From: Octopus sinensis
Lineage: Eukaryota
Assembly (NCBI RefSeq): GCF_006345805.1
Contig: NW_021834037.1
Location: forward strand, 1-27,083
DNA: 27,083 nt
Direction of reading: 5' to 3'
The notes beneath the pieces were generated by a model that saw nothing but the letters and a program-made list of their open reading frames with translations, was not told the DNA's origin and searched no databases. This document shows positions 9,135 to 20,292 of the stretch, one piece after another. Each line of letters opens with the position of its first letter. Positions within the stretch are counted from its first letter, which is position 1. The position numbers were made by a program, and so were the translations under genes.

Positions 9135-9500
9135 TATATACATATATATATGCATATATATGTATATATAATATATATATATATATAATTATATATATAT
9201 ATCGCTTAGTCGCTTCGGCATAGTGATACTAATAACCTGGTATTAGAACTCAATATATATATTCTTACATACATACATACATACTTACATACATACTACA
9301 TACATACATACATACATACATACATACATACATACAATCATATAGATATAGATATATATATACACACACACATTCAGACACATTCATGCATATACACATA
9401 CAGATAGCCACATGAATACATAGTCACACATACATATATGCAGACACGTGCATGACACACACATACATACACACATACATACATGCACGCACACATACAC
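8950..9500. repeat. (TA)n, (TACA)n and (CA)n compound microsatellites
   Basis: Read directly from the sequence. Confidence 0.9.
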
Positions 9501-9719
9501 CCATACCTCGCCTAGTAATCTCCAGTGGAAGACAGAAACAAAATGGCGGCCGTGCTAAGCTACGCAATGTATCTTCTGCATCCATCAACGTAAATATTTA
9601 TTTTCCATCGATAGAGAGAAGTCCGTTATTTATAGCATTAATTTGTTACAGTCATTATAGATTATATATACATATATTTATATACCCTCTCTTTCAACGT
9701 CTGAGACAGTTTCTAAGCT

Positions 9720-9955
9720 TTTGTGTGTGTGTGTGTGTGTATGTGTGTGTTTGTTAGTATCTATGTATGCATGTCTATATGTAAGTACGTTTGTTTTATA
9801 CGTCTCTTTTTCTCTATATACATACATATATGTATATAATGTATGTATGTATGTATGTATATATAAATATATATATATATACATATATGTATGTATATAT
9901 ATACACATAATTATCATATATATCCATAATATCCATTTAATATATAACGTATGTG

Positions 9956-10003
<48 letters not shown>

Positions 10004-10041
10004 AATATATACATATACATATATATATACATATACATATA

Positions 10042-10082
<41 letters not shown>

Positions 10083-10200
10083 CATATATATACATGCCTT
10101 TATTCTATATGGATGCAGATATATATGTATTCTTGTAAACATACATGTCTACGTGTATATCCATATATACACGCACGGACACACGGACGCACATACACAC
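9720..10200. repeat. (GT)n/(TATG)n/(TA)n compound microsatellite region
   Basis: Read directly; produces the spurious YIYIYI ORFs. Confidence 0.9.
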
Positions 10201-10337
10201 ACTTATGGATTTATTACATTCTTATAAAAGTCGGACCTTGGCGCAGCCAATCTTGGCTGTTTTCTCTTCTTCTTCTTCCAAGTTACTGTCTCTATGTTGA
10301 TAGAATATTCTCTCTCACTTCCATTGCCTCTCTTTCG

Positions 10338-10371
<34 letters not shown>

Positions 10372-10765
10372 TATATCGTTTTATGTCTTTCGTTTCTCTG
10401 TGGTTTCTTTCTCTAGTCTCTCTCTCCTTCTCTCTCTCTCTCTCGTTGGAATCCCGTCTGTCTTCCTTTACGTCTCCTTCGTTTCACTTTTCTCTCTTCA
10501 CAAGCTAGAGAGGGAACGAGCTATTCGTGTGAATTACAATTGTCGTTTTAGACAATCCACATATTAATGCGCTAAGGGCGAAACGCGTTACGCTGTCACG
10601 TGGTTAATGGTTAAGAGAAAGGCGTAGAGTCAGAGAGAAAAGGAGAGGGGAAAACGGTAGGAGGGAGAAAGAAGGAGAGAGAAAATAAGGGAGAGAGAAG
10701 TGTCGACGACATTAGGTAAGGAGATCGTAAGCGTTATTACGTGGTTAAAAAGTTAGGTGAAGATA

Positions 10766-10930
10766 GGCGCAGGAGTGGCTGTGTGGTAAGTGGCTTGTTT
10801 ACCAACCACATGGTTCCGGGTTCAGTCCCACTGCGTGGCACCTTGGGCAGGTGTCTTCTACTATAGCCTCGGGCCGACCAAAGCCTTGTGAGTGGATTTG
10901 GTAGACGGAAACTGAAAGAAGCCCGTCGTA
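10766..10930 (+). mobile_element. SINE A 5' half (head only), ending in (TA)n
   Basis: Runs from GGCGCAGGAGTGGCTGTGTGG to GAAGCCCGTCG, then (TA)n. Confidence 0.9.
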
Positions 10931-10968
10931 TATATATATATATATATATAATATATATATATATATAA

Positions 10969-11154
10969 GCGCAGGAGTGCTGTGGGGTAAGTAGCTTGTT
11001 TACCAACCACATGGTTCCGGGTTCAGTCCCACTGCGTGGCATCTTGGGCAAGTGTCGAGTTCTAAAGCCTCAGGCGTCCAAAGCCTTGTGAGTGGATTTG
11101 GTAGACCAAGTGGATTTGATAGACGGAAACTGAAAGAAGCCCGTCGTATATATG

Positions 11155-11228
<74 letters not shown>

Positions 11229-11452
11229 TGTGCTTGTTTGCGTGTCTGTGTTTGTTCCCCTAGCATTGCTTGACAACCGATGCTGGTGTGTTTACGTACC
11301 CGTCACTTAGCGGTTTGGCAAAAGAGACCGATAGAATAAGTACTGGGCTTACAAAAAAGAATAAGTCCTGGGGTCGAGTTGCTCGATTAAAGGCGGTGCT
11401 CCAGCGTGGCCGCAGTCAAATGACTGAAACAAGTAAAAGAGTAAAAGAGTAA
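10969..11452 (+). mobile_element. SINE A full copy with expanded internal (TA)n and a small internal duplication
   Basis: Head, duplicated AGTGGATTTG(G/A)TAGAC, (TA)n and the 3' half ending AAAAGAGTAAAAGAGT. Confidence 0.9.
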
Positions 11453-11454
11453 CT

Positions 11455-11625
11455 GAATAGAAATCTACTTTCCATTTCTTCCTGCCAAAGCTAATTAATT
11501 CTCTGATGTAGTCTGCGATACTGAATATATTCAAACATTCACTTATCCGTGAATGTGGGATCATGTCATAGGATTTCCTATAATCTGTCCATGCTTTTGT
11601 TAGATTTTTCTTTCTAGCATTTAGA
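11455..11625 (-). mobile_element. R4/Dong-type RT fragment (RT domain 3)
   Basis: Minus-strand translation KKNLTKAWTDYRKSYDMIPHSRISECLNIFSIA..RELISFGRKKW resembles WIDYKKAYDMVPHSWILECL. Confidence 0.75.
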
Positions 11626-12099
11626 ACTCTCTCTCTTTTATTCTTTTACTTGTTTCAGTCATATTTAGTTAGCTTGGATTTCGGTTGTTTTATAGTTTTT
11701 GTTGTTTCTTCTTTTTCTTCATAGTTGTTACGTACCATGACTTCTTTTTTGTATTATTAGCCGGACTGTACCTCTCTATGTGCAGACCTGTGAGTCGGAG
11801 AGAAGGAATTGGAAAAGGCACATGCTCTTGGGGTTCCAGGGAGATCTCGGCCATTGGGGTTCCTCGATTATCCCTAGAGATCACTCTGTATCAGGAGGGC
11901 CACATCTCTATCATCCTTTCCCCCTCCACCCTTTTTTTAAACCTTTGTATTGTATGTATATATCCTTCCTTTTCATTGTATACCATGTATGCTTATATTT
12001 TTTTCCCTATCTTTTCATTATATGTAAAACCCTAAACCTTATGTCTGTCTTCCAATTGTTTCCCCTCATCCTTCGCCCTGGTGACAAATAAATAAAATC

Positions 12100-12101
12100 G
12101 C

Positions 12102-12158
<57 letters not shown>

Positions 12159-12213
12159 CATTGTCATTTACTTTTAATCTGCATGTTTGATGCAATCACC
12201 TGCCGGTGATCGC

Positions 12214-12285
<72 letters not shown>

Positions 12286-12328
12286 CATCATCATCATCAT
12301 CATCATCATTGTTATTATTATTATTATT
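12100..12328. repeat. Two (TTA)n tracts plus (CAT)n
   Basis: Both TTA tracts are preceded by ATCGC. Confidence 0.9.
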
Positions 12329-12880
12329 GAGTGAGAGAGCAGTTCATGCCATCAAAGTGACACTGGGGTAAAATATACGAAGCCCAATATACCCATCATG
12401 ACTACCCGTCTGATAAAGGTACACCAGGCACATGCATCACAACCATATGTGCGCGACATGGTGATCTCATATCAAGATAAACAGCACATGACCTTGCAGG
12501 TGGGGCCCAGTTAGAATTTCTTCAGGTTGAGTAGCCCATCCCGCTCAAAAGGTCCCTGAATAAGGTTGCTTTAGGATGTTGAACGAAACACCTATGTTTC
12601 CAGAGGTGAATTATTCAAACCCCAAAGAATCCCTCTCAACACATGGCCATGATGCTCCCCCACTACTTCTGCTCGTGATCAGAGATGCACATATCGTCAG
12701 CCACTAAGGGACATGCTCAACTGGTTATGGTCAAACAACTGACAAGCAAATCTGTGGTATTGAGCAGAATATTTGCTGTAGCCCATCTTTTATACCAAGA
12801 CAAAACAATGTACATGATAACAATTCCAATCAGTTAAGATCAGAAGCCATGAAAGCCACTGCCTGGTACTGCATCAGAGC

Positions 12881-12883
<3 letters not shown>
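12329..12883 (-). mobile_element. ~555-bp non-coding interspersed element embedded in (TTA)n
   Basis: High-complexity segment with abrupt boundaries against (TTA)n on both sides and no long ORF. The minus strand ends ..CTCTCTCACTC(AAT)n, like a retroposed 3' end. Family assignment is inferred. Confidence 0.55.
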
Positions 12884-12947
<64 letters not shown>

Positions 12948-13309
12948 ATTATTTCTTTCGTCCAGCCATCGATGTATTTATTTGTCAATATGGACAGATA
13001 ACTAAAAAGATCGACAAAAAAATGACATATAAAAAAATAAAAAACTGAATATTAAAACGACTTTTTTCTTCTAGAGAGTCAAAATGATATATGATGTTTT
13101 AAAATTCTCCTTCCGGTAAACACTTCGTATTTCTCTCTCTCTCCCCTCTCTCTCTTTCTTTCTTTCTTTCTCTCTACTTCTAAATTCAACAAACTTTTAC
13201 TCATCTCATCCCCCCCCACGTCGTTATCATTTCTGTCTTACTCTTTCTCTTCACCTCCCACTTCCACTAACCACGTGACAGTTTGCTGGATCCGCTGGCA
13301 ATAACACCA

Positions 13310-13350
<41 letters not shown>

Positions 13351-13466
13351 TTCTCTCTCTTTCTCTCCCGCTGTCTATTTGCCTTTCTTTAACCTCAACA
13401 GTACTCTCTCTCTTTACTCTTACTCTTTTACACTTACTCTTTTACACACACACACACACACACACA

Positions 13467-13499
<33 letters not shown>

Positions 13500-13504
<5 letters not shown>

Positions 13505-13669
13505 TACGACAGGCTTCTTTCAGTTTCCGTCTACCAAATCCACTCACAAGGCATTGGTCGGCCCGGGGCTATAGCAGAAGACACTTGCCCAAGGTGCCAC
13601 GCAGTGGGACTGAACCCGGAACCATGTGGTTGGTTAGCAAGCTACTTACCACACAGCCACTCCTGCGCC
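13500..13669 (-). mobile_element. SINE A head, tandem copy 1
   Basis: Reverse complement of the SINE A 5' half. Confidence 0.9.
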
Positions 13670-13685
13670 AGTGTATATATATACA

Positions 13686-13852
13686 TATATACGACAGGCT
13701 TCTTTCAGTTTCCGTCTACCATATCCACTCACAAGGCATTGGTCGGCCCGGGGCTATAGCAGAAGACACTTGCCCAAGATTCCACGCAGTGGGACTGAAC
13801 TCGGAACCATGTGGTTGGTTAGCAAGCTGCTTACCACACAGCCACTCCTGCT
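13686..13852 (-). mobile_element. SINE A head, tandem copy 2
   Basis: Shares private variants with 13500-13669 (ACAGGCTTC, GGCATTGG, CCGGGGCTATAGCAG, GGTTAGCAAG). Confidence 0.9.
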
Positions 13853-13879
13853 TGTCCCTTTTAATATTTTTCTTGTGTT

Positions 13880-14990
13880 CGATCCACCTCAGTTTAGTAT
13901 TAAGGGGGGCAAAGGCAGAGTATCAGTTTAGAAATAGTAAAGGAAAATTAACCATTTTCTCTACATGGGTAATCCGAAGCTTTTTAGTAAGAATGAAAGA
14001 AAGATAGATTCCTTAGTACAGACTGTAAGACTCTTCAGCAAAGATACAGGCATGGAATTTGACATGGAATTTGATGAGTCTGGGATATTAGTCATGAGAA
14101 AGGGACAGGTAGGTAGCAGTGAAGGCATCCAATTATCAGATGGCCAGACATTACAATCATCGAAAGGAGAAGAGTGTTATAAGTATTTAAGAGTATTAGA
14201 ATCTGACAGAGTACTAACAACCGAAATGAAAGCGAAAATTGAGGAGTACATCATAAGGGTAAGGAAGTTAATAAAGTCAAAGCTAAATGGTCTGAACCTA
14301 GTGAAGGCTATAAATACTTGTATCATTACTTAGATACTCAGTAGCTTTTGTAGATTGGACAAAAACTGAATTAGCAAAGCAAGACAGAAAAATTAGGAAG
14401 GAATTCAATATGAATGATGGACTCCAACCAAGAGCAGGAGTAGCAAGATTATACCAACCTAGAAAGGAAAACGGAAGAGGATTAATATCAGTAGAAGACT
14501 GCATGGAGTTAGATAAAGTAGATATAGACTATTATGTAGGTAATAGGGAAAAAAGTTTACTAAAAGCCACTAGAATCAGAGCAAGACGTAGGGAAACCAA
14601 AACATCAAAAGAACTTAAAAACCAGAAAAAAGAACAGAAATTATCTGATTGGCAAGAGAAGGGGTCGCATACTACATACCGAAAGAGAGTTGCAGCAAAT
14701 AATTGTAGTGAGACATGATTATGGTTGCAGAAAGGAAAGCTGAAGATGGAGACAGAAAGCTTGTCAGTAGCTGCATAAGATCAAACATTAAGGACTAATT
14801 GGATAAAAGCCAACGTAGACAAAAACCAAGTAGATCCGCAATGTTGGTTATGCAAATCAAAATAGGAAAGCATTACTCGTATAGTAAGTGAATGTAGCAT
14901 GCTGGCACAGAAAGAAAACAAGAAAAGAGATGACAATTTATGGAGAGTAATCCACTGGGAGCTATATAGAAAGCTAGGGCTTAAACATTT

Positions 14991-15073
<83 letters not shown>

Positions 15074-15823
15074 CAGATAAATAGACAGATATGTTTCTTT
15101 ATTAGCCACACAGGGCTGCACACAGACGGGACAGATTACAAAGTAGAGCTTTTCTTTTTGGGGGAGAGAAAAAATATAAAGGTGGGGTAGGTTTTCGATT
15201 AAAAGGGATCGTAAAAGGGAAAGCAGAAAGAAGAAAAAACGGGAATAAAGGGGAAAACAGAAAAGAAACAAATACTGATAAATGGTATGAACATGAACCC
15301 AGTAAAGTACTAGAAAGTAAGAAATATAAGATGTTGTAGGACTTTAACATTCAGACTGACAGAATAATGGACGCTAGAAGGCCTGATTTGGTGGCAGTAA
15401 ATAAAGAGATTAGAAAATGGCAGATAATTGACTTTACAATTCCAAATGGCTAAAACATTAATATGAGAAGTATAAAAAAAATAGCAAAGTACCAGGACCT
15501 AGCCATTGAATTACAGAGACTATGGAAATTGTGGGTAAAATGAATCCCAGTAGTATAGGTGCATTGGGTACTATCCCTAAAATCTGAACAGGTGGATAGA
15601 GGAAATAGGCATAAAAACGCTGTTTAGTACAGCTCCAAACAACAGTGTTATTAGGGATAGCTAGGATACTTAGGAGGGTTCTTGGCTTCTAAAGTTGCTT
15701 GTTGTAGCCCGATATGAGGATTCTTGGCATCTAAGGATACTTGTTGTTGGCCGATGTTAAGATTTTTTTCTTTTCCAATTGTCTAATTTGTTAAATGTAT
15801 ATGAAAATAATAATAACAATAAT
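13880..15823 (+). mobile_element. R4/Dong-clade non-LTR retrotransposon, 5'-truncated copy 1 (RT C-half plus RLE endonuclease)
   Basis: Motifs NHFLYMGNPKL (dead MDD), SLVQTVRLFSKDTGMEF, YKYL, KSKLNG.NLVKAINT, RLY.PRKENGRGL.SVEDC, AA*DQ.LRTN, zinc knuckle C-x2-C at 14842, RRPDLV at 15382, KYQDLAIELQRLW, IGALGTIP, ARILRRVL with stop at 15690. A 3' UTR and an (AAT)n tail at 15806-15823 follow. Confidence 0.92.
14985..15265 (-). mobile_element. Retroposed 3'-end fragment with (TCTA)n tail inserted in R4 copy 1
   Basis: Interrupts ..RKLGLKH|TDKWYEHEP.. The minus strand has AATAAA directly before the (TCTA)n tract. No convincing TSD found. Confidence 0.6.
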
Positions 15824-15937
15824 CTCACGATCTGGAGAAAAGGAAATGGTCAGATAGATAATTTGCTTTTCATGGATGATATAAAAGTTTATGCGAAAAA
15901 ATGTGAAACAGCTTGAATATTTTGTACATACTACACG

Positions 15938-16279
15938 TGAAGGCGCGTGGCTCAGTGGTTAGAGCGTCGAGCTTACGATCGTGAGGTTGTGAGCTCGAAT
16001 CCCGGGCCGGGCTGCGTGTTGTGTTCTTGAGCAAGACACTTTATTTCACGTTGCTCCAGTTCACTCAGCTGTAGAAATGAGTTGCGACGTCACAGGTGCC
16101 AAGCTGTATCGGCCCCTTTTGCCTTTCCCTTGGACAACATCGGTGACGTGGAGAGGGGAGGCCGGCATGCATGGGCGACTGCTGGTCTTCCATAAAACAA
16201 CCTTGCCCAGACTTGTGCCTCAGAGGGTAACTCTCTAGGTGCAAACCCATGGTCAGTGTCTGACTGAAGGGGGTCACCC
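15938..16279 (+). mobile_element. tRNA-derived SINE family B with CORE-like domain, 9-bp TSD
   Basis: Head GGCGCGTGGCTCAGTGGTTAGAGCG..GAGCTCGAATCCC. Central GTGTTCTTGAGCAAGACACTT..CAGTTCACTCAGCTGTAGAAATG resembles the MIR CORE. TSD TACTACACG at 15929-15937 and 16280-16288. Confidence 0.9.
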
Positions 16280-16413
16280 TACTACACGCATTTTCTGAAA
16301 CGACGTAGGTATGGATGTATGGAATTTGGGATAAGAAGTGCGCTACTTTGAAAATGAAACGGGGAAGATTTGAAAGAAGCCAGGGAATTAAAATGCCAAA
16401 TGGGTAAACAATG

Positions 16414-16798
16414 GATGGAAGCACTCCGTCGGTTACGACTACGAGGGTTCCGGTTGATCCGAATCGACGGAACAGCCTACACGTGAAATTAACGTGTAAG
16501 TGGCTGAGCACTCCACAGACACGTGTACCCTTAACGTAGTTCTCGGGGATATTCAGCGTGACACAGAGAGTGACAAGGCCGGCCCTTTGAAATACATGTA
16601 CAACAGAAACAGGAAGAAAGAGTGAGAGAAAGTTGTGGTGAAAGAGTACAGCAGAGATCACCACCATGCCCTGCCGGAGCCTCGTGGAGCTTTAGGTGTT
16701 TTCGCTCAATAAACACTCACAACGCCCGGTCTGGGAATCGAAACCGCGATCCTATGACCGCGAGTCCGCTGCCCTAACCACTAGGCCATTGCGCCTCC
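16414..16798 (-). mobile_element. tRNA-derived SINE family C, 12-bp TSD
   Basis: Minus-strand head GGAGGCGCAATGGCCTAGTGGTTAGGGC..GGTTTCGATTCCC. TSD GGGTAAACAATG at 16402-16413 and 16799-16810. Confidence 0.93.
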
Positions 16799-17850
16799 GG
16801 GTAAACAATGAGAGCTGTTGAGAAAGGACAATGGTATGAGTATTTGGGAATACTTGAAGCAGACGAGATAAGAAATGAAGAAATGAAACTAATTACCAGT
16901 ACACAAGAAGAGTTAGAAAATTATTGCTGTCAAAGCTGAATTCCAAAAATCTTATTGAAGCAATAAAGTCAAGAACAGCATCCTTAATCAGAGTTGGAAT
17001 TATAGACAGCAGCTAAAAATGATATAAAGAAACTTGACAGAAAAACTAGAAAGTTGTTGACTATGTATGGAGCCCACCATCAGAAAACTGGTGTCAACCG
17101 GCTGTACTTGAGGAGAGACGAAGGTGGAAGAAGCTTTATAGCAGTAGAAGAATATGTACAGATGGAAAGAAGAAGCTAAGTAGAGTATTCACAGAACAGC
17201 ACAGAAAAACTACCAAAGATATTGAATAAAGAATAGATGGTCAAGCGCATAATTGGAGAAAAGGACAAAATAAAATTCAAAGAGAGCACATCAGACGGAA
17301 TGAAGAGAAACCTTTACATAGCCAATATTGGAAAGCCACTGAGGATGCATGTGGAACAAAATCCTGGGTTTGGTTTAAAAGAGGTCAATTAAATAAAGAA
17401 ACAGACAGTGTAATTGTAGCAGCCTAAGATCAAGCGATAAAAACAAACAACTCGAGAGAAAAATATATATGGAAAAAATGTGTCACAAAAAATGTAGGGC
17501 CTGTGTAACTTGGAACAAGACATTGGCACACATTGTGGAAGAATGCCCCAAGTTGGCACAGGAAGAGTATAGGAAATGGAGGCAATACCAGGTTGCAAAA
17601 GTTTTACCCTGGAAACATTGCCAGAAATGGGGATTTGAAGCAGGAAACACATAGCAAAATCGTGGAGCCGAAAGAGCACTGGAGTCGGAGAAATGGAAGA
17701 TTTTGTAGGACTTTCCTATTCAAATGGACAAGAAGTTAAAAAAATAATAGACCGAACATAGCAATTACAGATAAGGAAAAGCGAAGTTGCTAACTAATTA
17801 ACCCATTATGCCCTTCTGATTATAGAATCGTAAAAGAATATACGTGAGAA

Positions 17851-18236
17851 AGTGGAGGCGCAATGGCCCAGTAGTTAGGGCAGCGAACTCGCGGTCATAG
17901 GATCGCGGTTTCGATTCCCAGACCGGGCGTTGTGAGTCTTTATTGAGCGAAAACACCTAAAGCTCCACGAGGCTCCGACAGGGGATGGTGGTGATCCCTG
18001 CTGTACTCTTTCACCACAACTTTCTCTCACTCTTACTTCCTGTTTCTGTTGTACCTTGTATTTCAAAGGGCCGGCCTTGTCACTCTCTGTGTCACGCTGA
18101 ATATCCCCGAGAACTACGTTAAGGGTACACGTGTCTGTGGAGTGCTCAGCCACTTACACGTTAATTTCACGAGCAGGCTGTTCCGTTGATTCGGATCAAC
18201 CGGAACCCTCGTCGTCGTAACCGACGGAGTGCTTCC
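17851..18236 (+). mobile_element. tRNA-derived SINE family C, 11-bp TSD
   Basis: Homologous to 16414-16798 in opposite orientation. TSD ATACGTGAGAA at 17840-17850 and 18237-18247. Confidence 0.93.
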
Positions 18237-18247
18237 ATACGTGAGAA

Positions 18248-18479
18248 TCAGTTAATTATGATTTTATTCAACATATTCAATGGCGGTGCTGCAGCACGGC
18301 CACAGTCGTTGGACTGAAACATATAAGAGAATAAGAGAATATTCCCCTCTCAGATTCACACTTCTATCGCAACGATCCTTAAGTCTTTCTAAACCCTGTA
18401 AAAGAACTGGGAAGGTTGGGCCTCCAACCAGGACTTTCGCGACACCCTTAAAGACAGGATCTTTTCAGCACCCCTTGTA
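18248..18479. mobile_element. Mariner-type MITE, 3' part, interrupted by a short SINE tail
   Basis: Aligns with the MITE at 21394-21615 and ends CAGGATCTTTTCAGCACCCCTTGTA (TIR plus TA). A SINE tail at 18279-18338 is flanked by TSD ATATTC (18273-18278 and 18339-18344). Confidence 0.8.
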
Positions 18480-18629
18480 CACCATGGGACCCAAAGAAAG
18501 CTTCGGCTTTATGATTCCAAGGGCGCGCATAACAAACTAAATTCCAGTTTCTCTTCAGTTTTATAGTTTCGATTCCTGGACTGTATGATTCGTTATGTTC
18601 TTCAGCAAAACCCTCCATTTCGTGTTCAG

Positions 18630-18730
18630 TCAGCTGTAAATGAACTGCATTAATAGCTGGGGAAGTTAACCCTGCGAAGGACTGGCGTCCCATCCCATCC
18701 CCAGTCAGCTATACGCCATGGAAACTAGTC
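18630..18730 (+). mobile_element. Old SINE fragment (V-domain-like)
   Basis: CAGCTGTAAATG..GCTGGGG..AACCCTGCGAAGGACTGGCGTCCCATCC resembles conserved SINE central domains; short and diverged. Confidence 0.45.
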
Positions 18731-18769
18731 CAAGGGCCTTAAGTCCAGGGTCTCATAACAAACGTTTCT

Positions 18770-18910
18770 GTGTATGCCTGTACGTGCGTGTTTGTGCACG
18801 CGTGTGTGTGTGTGTGTATGTGTGCACGCGTGTGCCTGTCTGTTTGTGTGTGTGCGCATGTATGCGTGTGTGCACGCATGTATGTGTGCACACATGTGTG
18901 TGTGTGTGAA
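18770..18910. repeat. Imperfect (GT)n/(GTGC)n
   Basis: Read directly from the sequence. Confidence 0.9.
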
Positions 18911-19969
18911 AATGGTAAAGTGCGACGTGAGGGAGATTTTGGCAGTTACTTCTAGTAAAATCGATCAACCGCAGAAAAGCTATTTCTCATTGGTTCGCTG
19001 CAAACTCCTTGCATTCCTATATTTATATATAGTCGCTTCATTCTATTATCCCATTATCTGTTTCAGCCAGGCGTTGTGGCCATGCTGGGACACTGCTATT
19101 TATTTACTGTAAATCTATTTCGTTTTTCTCGCCTGTCAGTCTTCTTTATTGTTCACCACCACCACCCATCCTATAATATTTCGTCTGTATTTGTTGTCAT
19201 TATTCCTGCTGCTGTTTTTGTTGTTGCTGCTGATGAAGCAGTTGCTGCTGCTGTTGTTGTTGTTGTTATTTATTCATTCATTTATTTATTAATTTTTCTA
19301 AATTCTATTTTTATATCCTTTGTTATCTCCTTATTGTTGTTCTTTCGTTTGATCGATATAAACCCCACCTTTTTTGCGCGCTGTATTGCGTCTTTTTGAT
19401 GTAGTCCTCAATATCTTGGACCCTTGTGGCCAATAAAGAAATCATCATTATTATCATCACCATCATCATCACAATCCTCATCACCATCACAATCCTCATC
19501 ATCATCATCACCATTGCTGTTGCTTTTGGTTTTGATATACTGACATCATTCATGTTAATGTTGCGATAATTATTTATATTAAACCCCCCTTCTCTGCTGC
19601 CTATTGTTTATTAATTCTTTACACTTCAAGTACTGTGCTCATATAGCGAAAACAAAATCCCACATAAATTTGAAAAAACCCTGGATAAGCAGTTAAAGGA
19701 TGGTTCTCTGCGTTTTAGACAACAAACAAGATTGCAATGATGCAACACATGCACAGCATGCATCGCAATGTATAACAACATCCGGTTGCTGTTACTGCAG
19801 CTGCACAATCGTTGACATTTGAATAATTCATGTGTGCATACGTTTGTGTGTGCGAGTATGTGTGGACCCAACTGTCTTTGAGCGTATGTAGGTATATGTG
19901 TTATGTGTATATAATATGTGTATATAATATATATATGTACATATGCACATATATGGATAATACACACAC

Positions 19970-20112
19970 ACCTATATGAGTGTGTGTATGTATGTATGTA
20001 TGTATGTATGTATGAATGTATATGTATGCATTAGTGTGCGAGTGCTTGTATATGTGTGTATGTGTGGATGTAATAGATATGGACAGATAGAGGGAGCGAG
20101 AGACAGACAGGC

Positions 20113-20163
<51 letters not shown>

Positions 20164-20164
20164 G

Positions 20165-20212
<48 letters not shown>

Positions 20213-20221
20213 GGATGGATG

Positions 20222-20292
<71 letters not shown>

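Larger units (their letters stand above)
15824..17838 (+). mobile_element. R4/Dong-clade non-LTR retrotransposon, copy 2 (different subfamily, 5'- and 3'-truncated)
   Basis: Motifs NLLFMDDIKVYAK at ~15860, VHTTR|IF, YEYLGILEAD, LDRKTRKLLTM, RLYLRRDEGGR, AA*DQAIKTN, CRAC..AHIVEECPKLAQEEY, DF.IQ.D and CPSDYRIVKE. Interrupted by two SINEs. Confidence 0.88.

Noticed and set aside
10561-10595. GCGAAACGCGTT resembling the 3' half of a hammerhead
   Set aside because: No CUGANGA upstream and no convincing stem I.
12694-12700. Minus-strand CTGACGA in the 555-bp element
   Set aside because: No closing stem II pair and no GAAA-stem III-UH arrangement at a usable distance.
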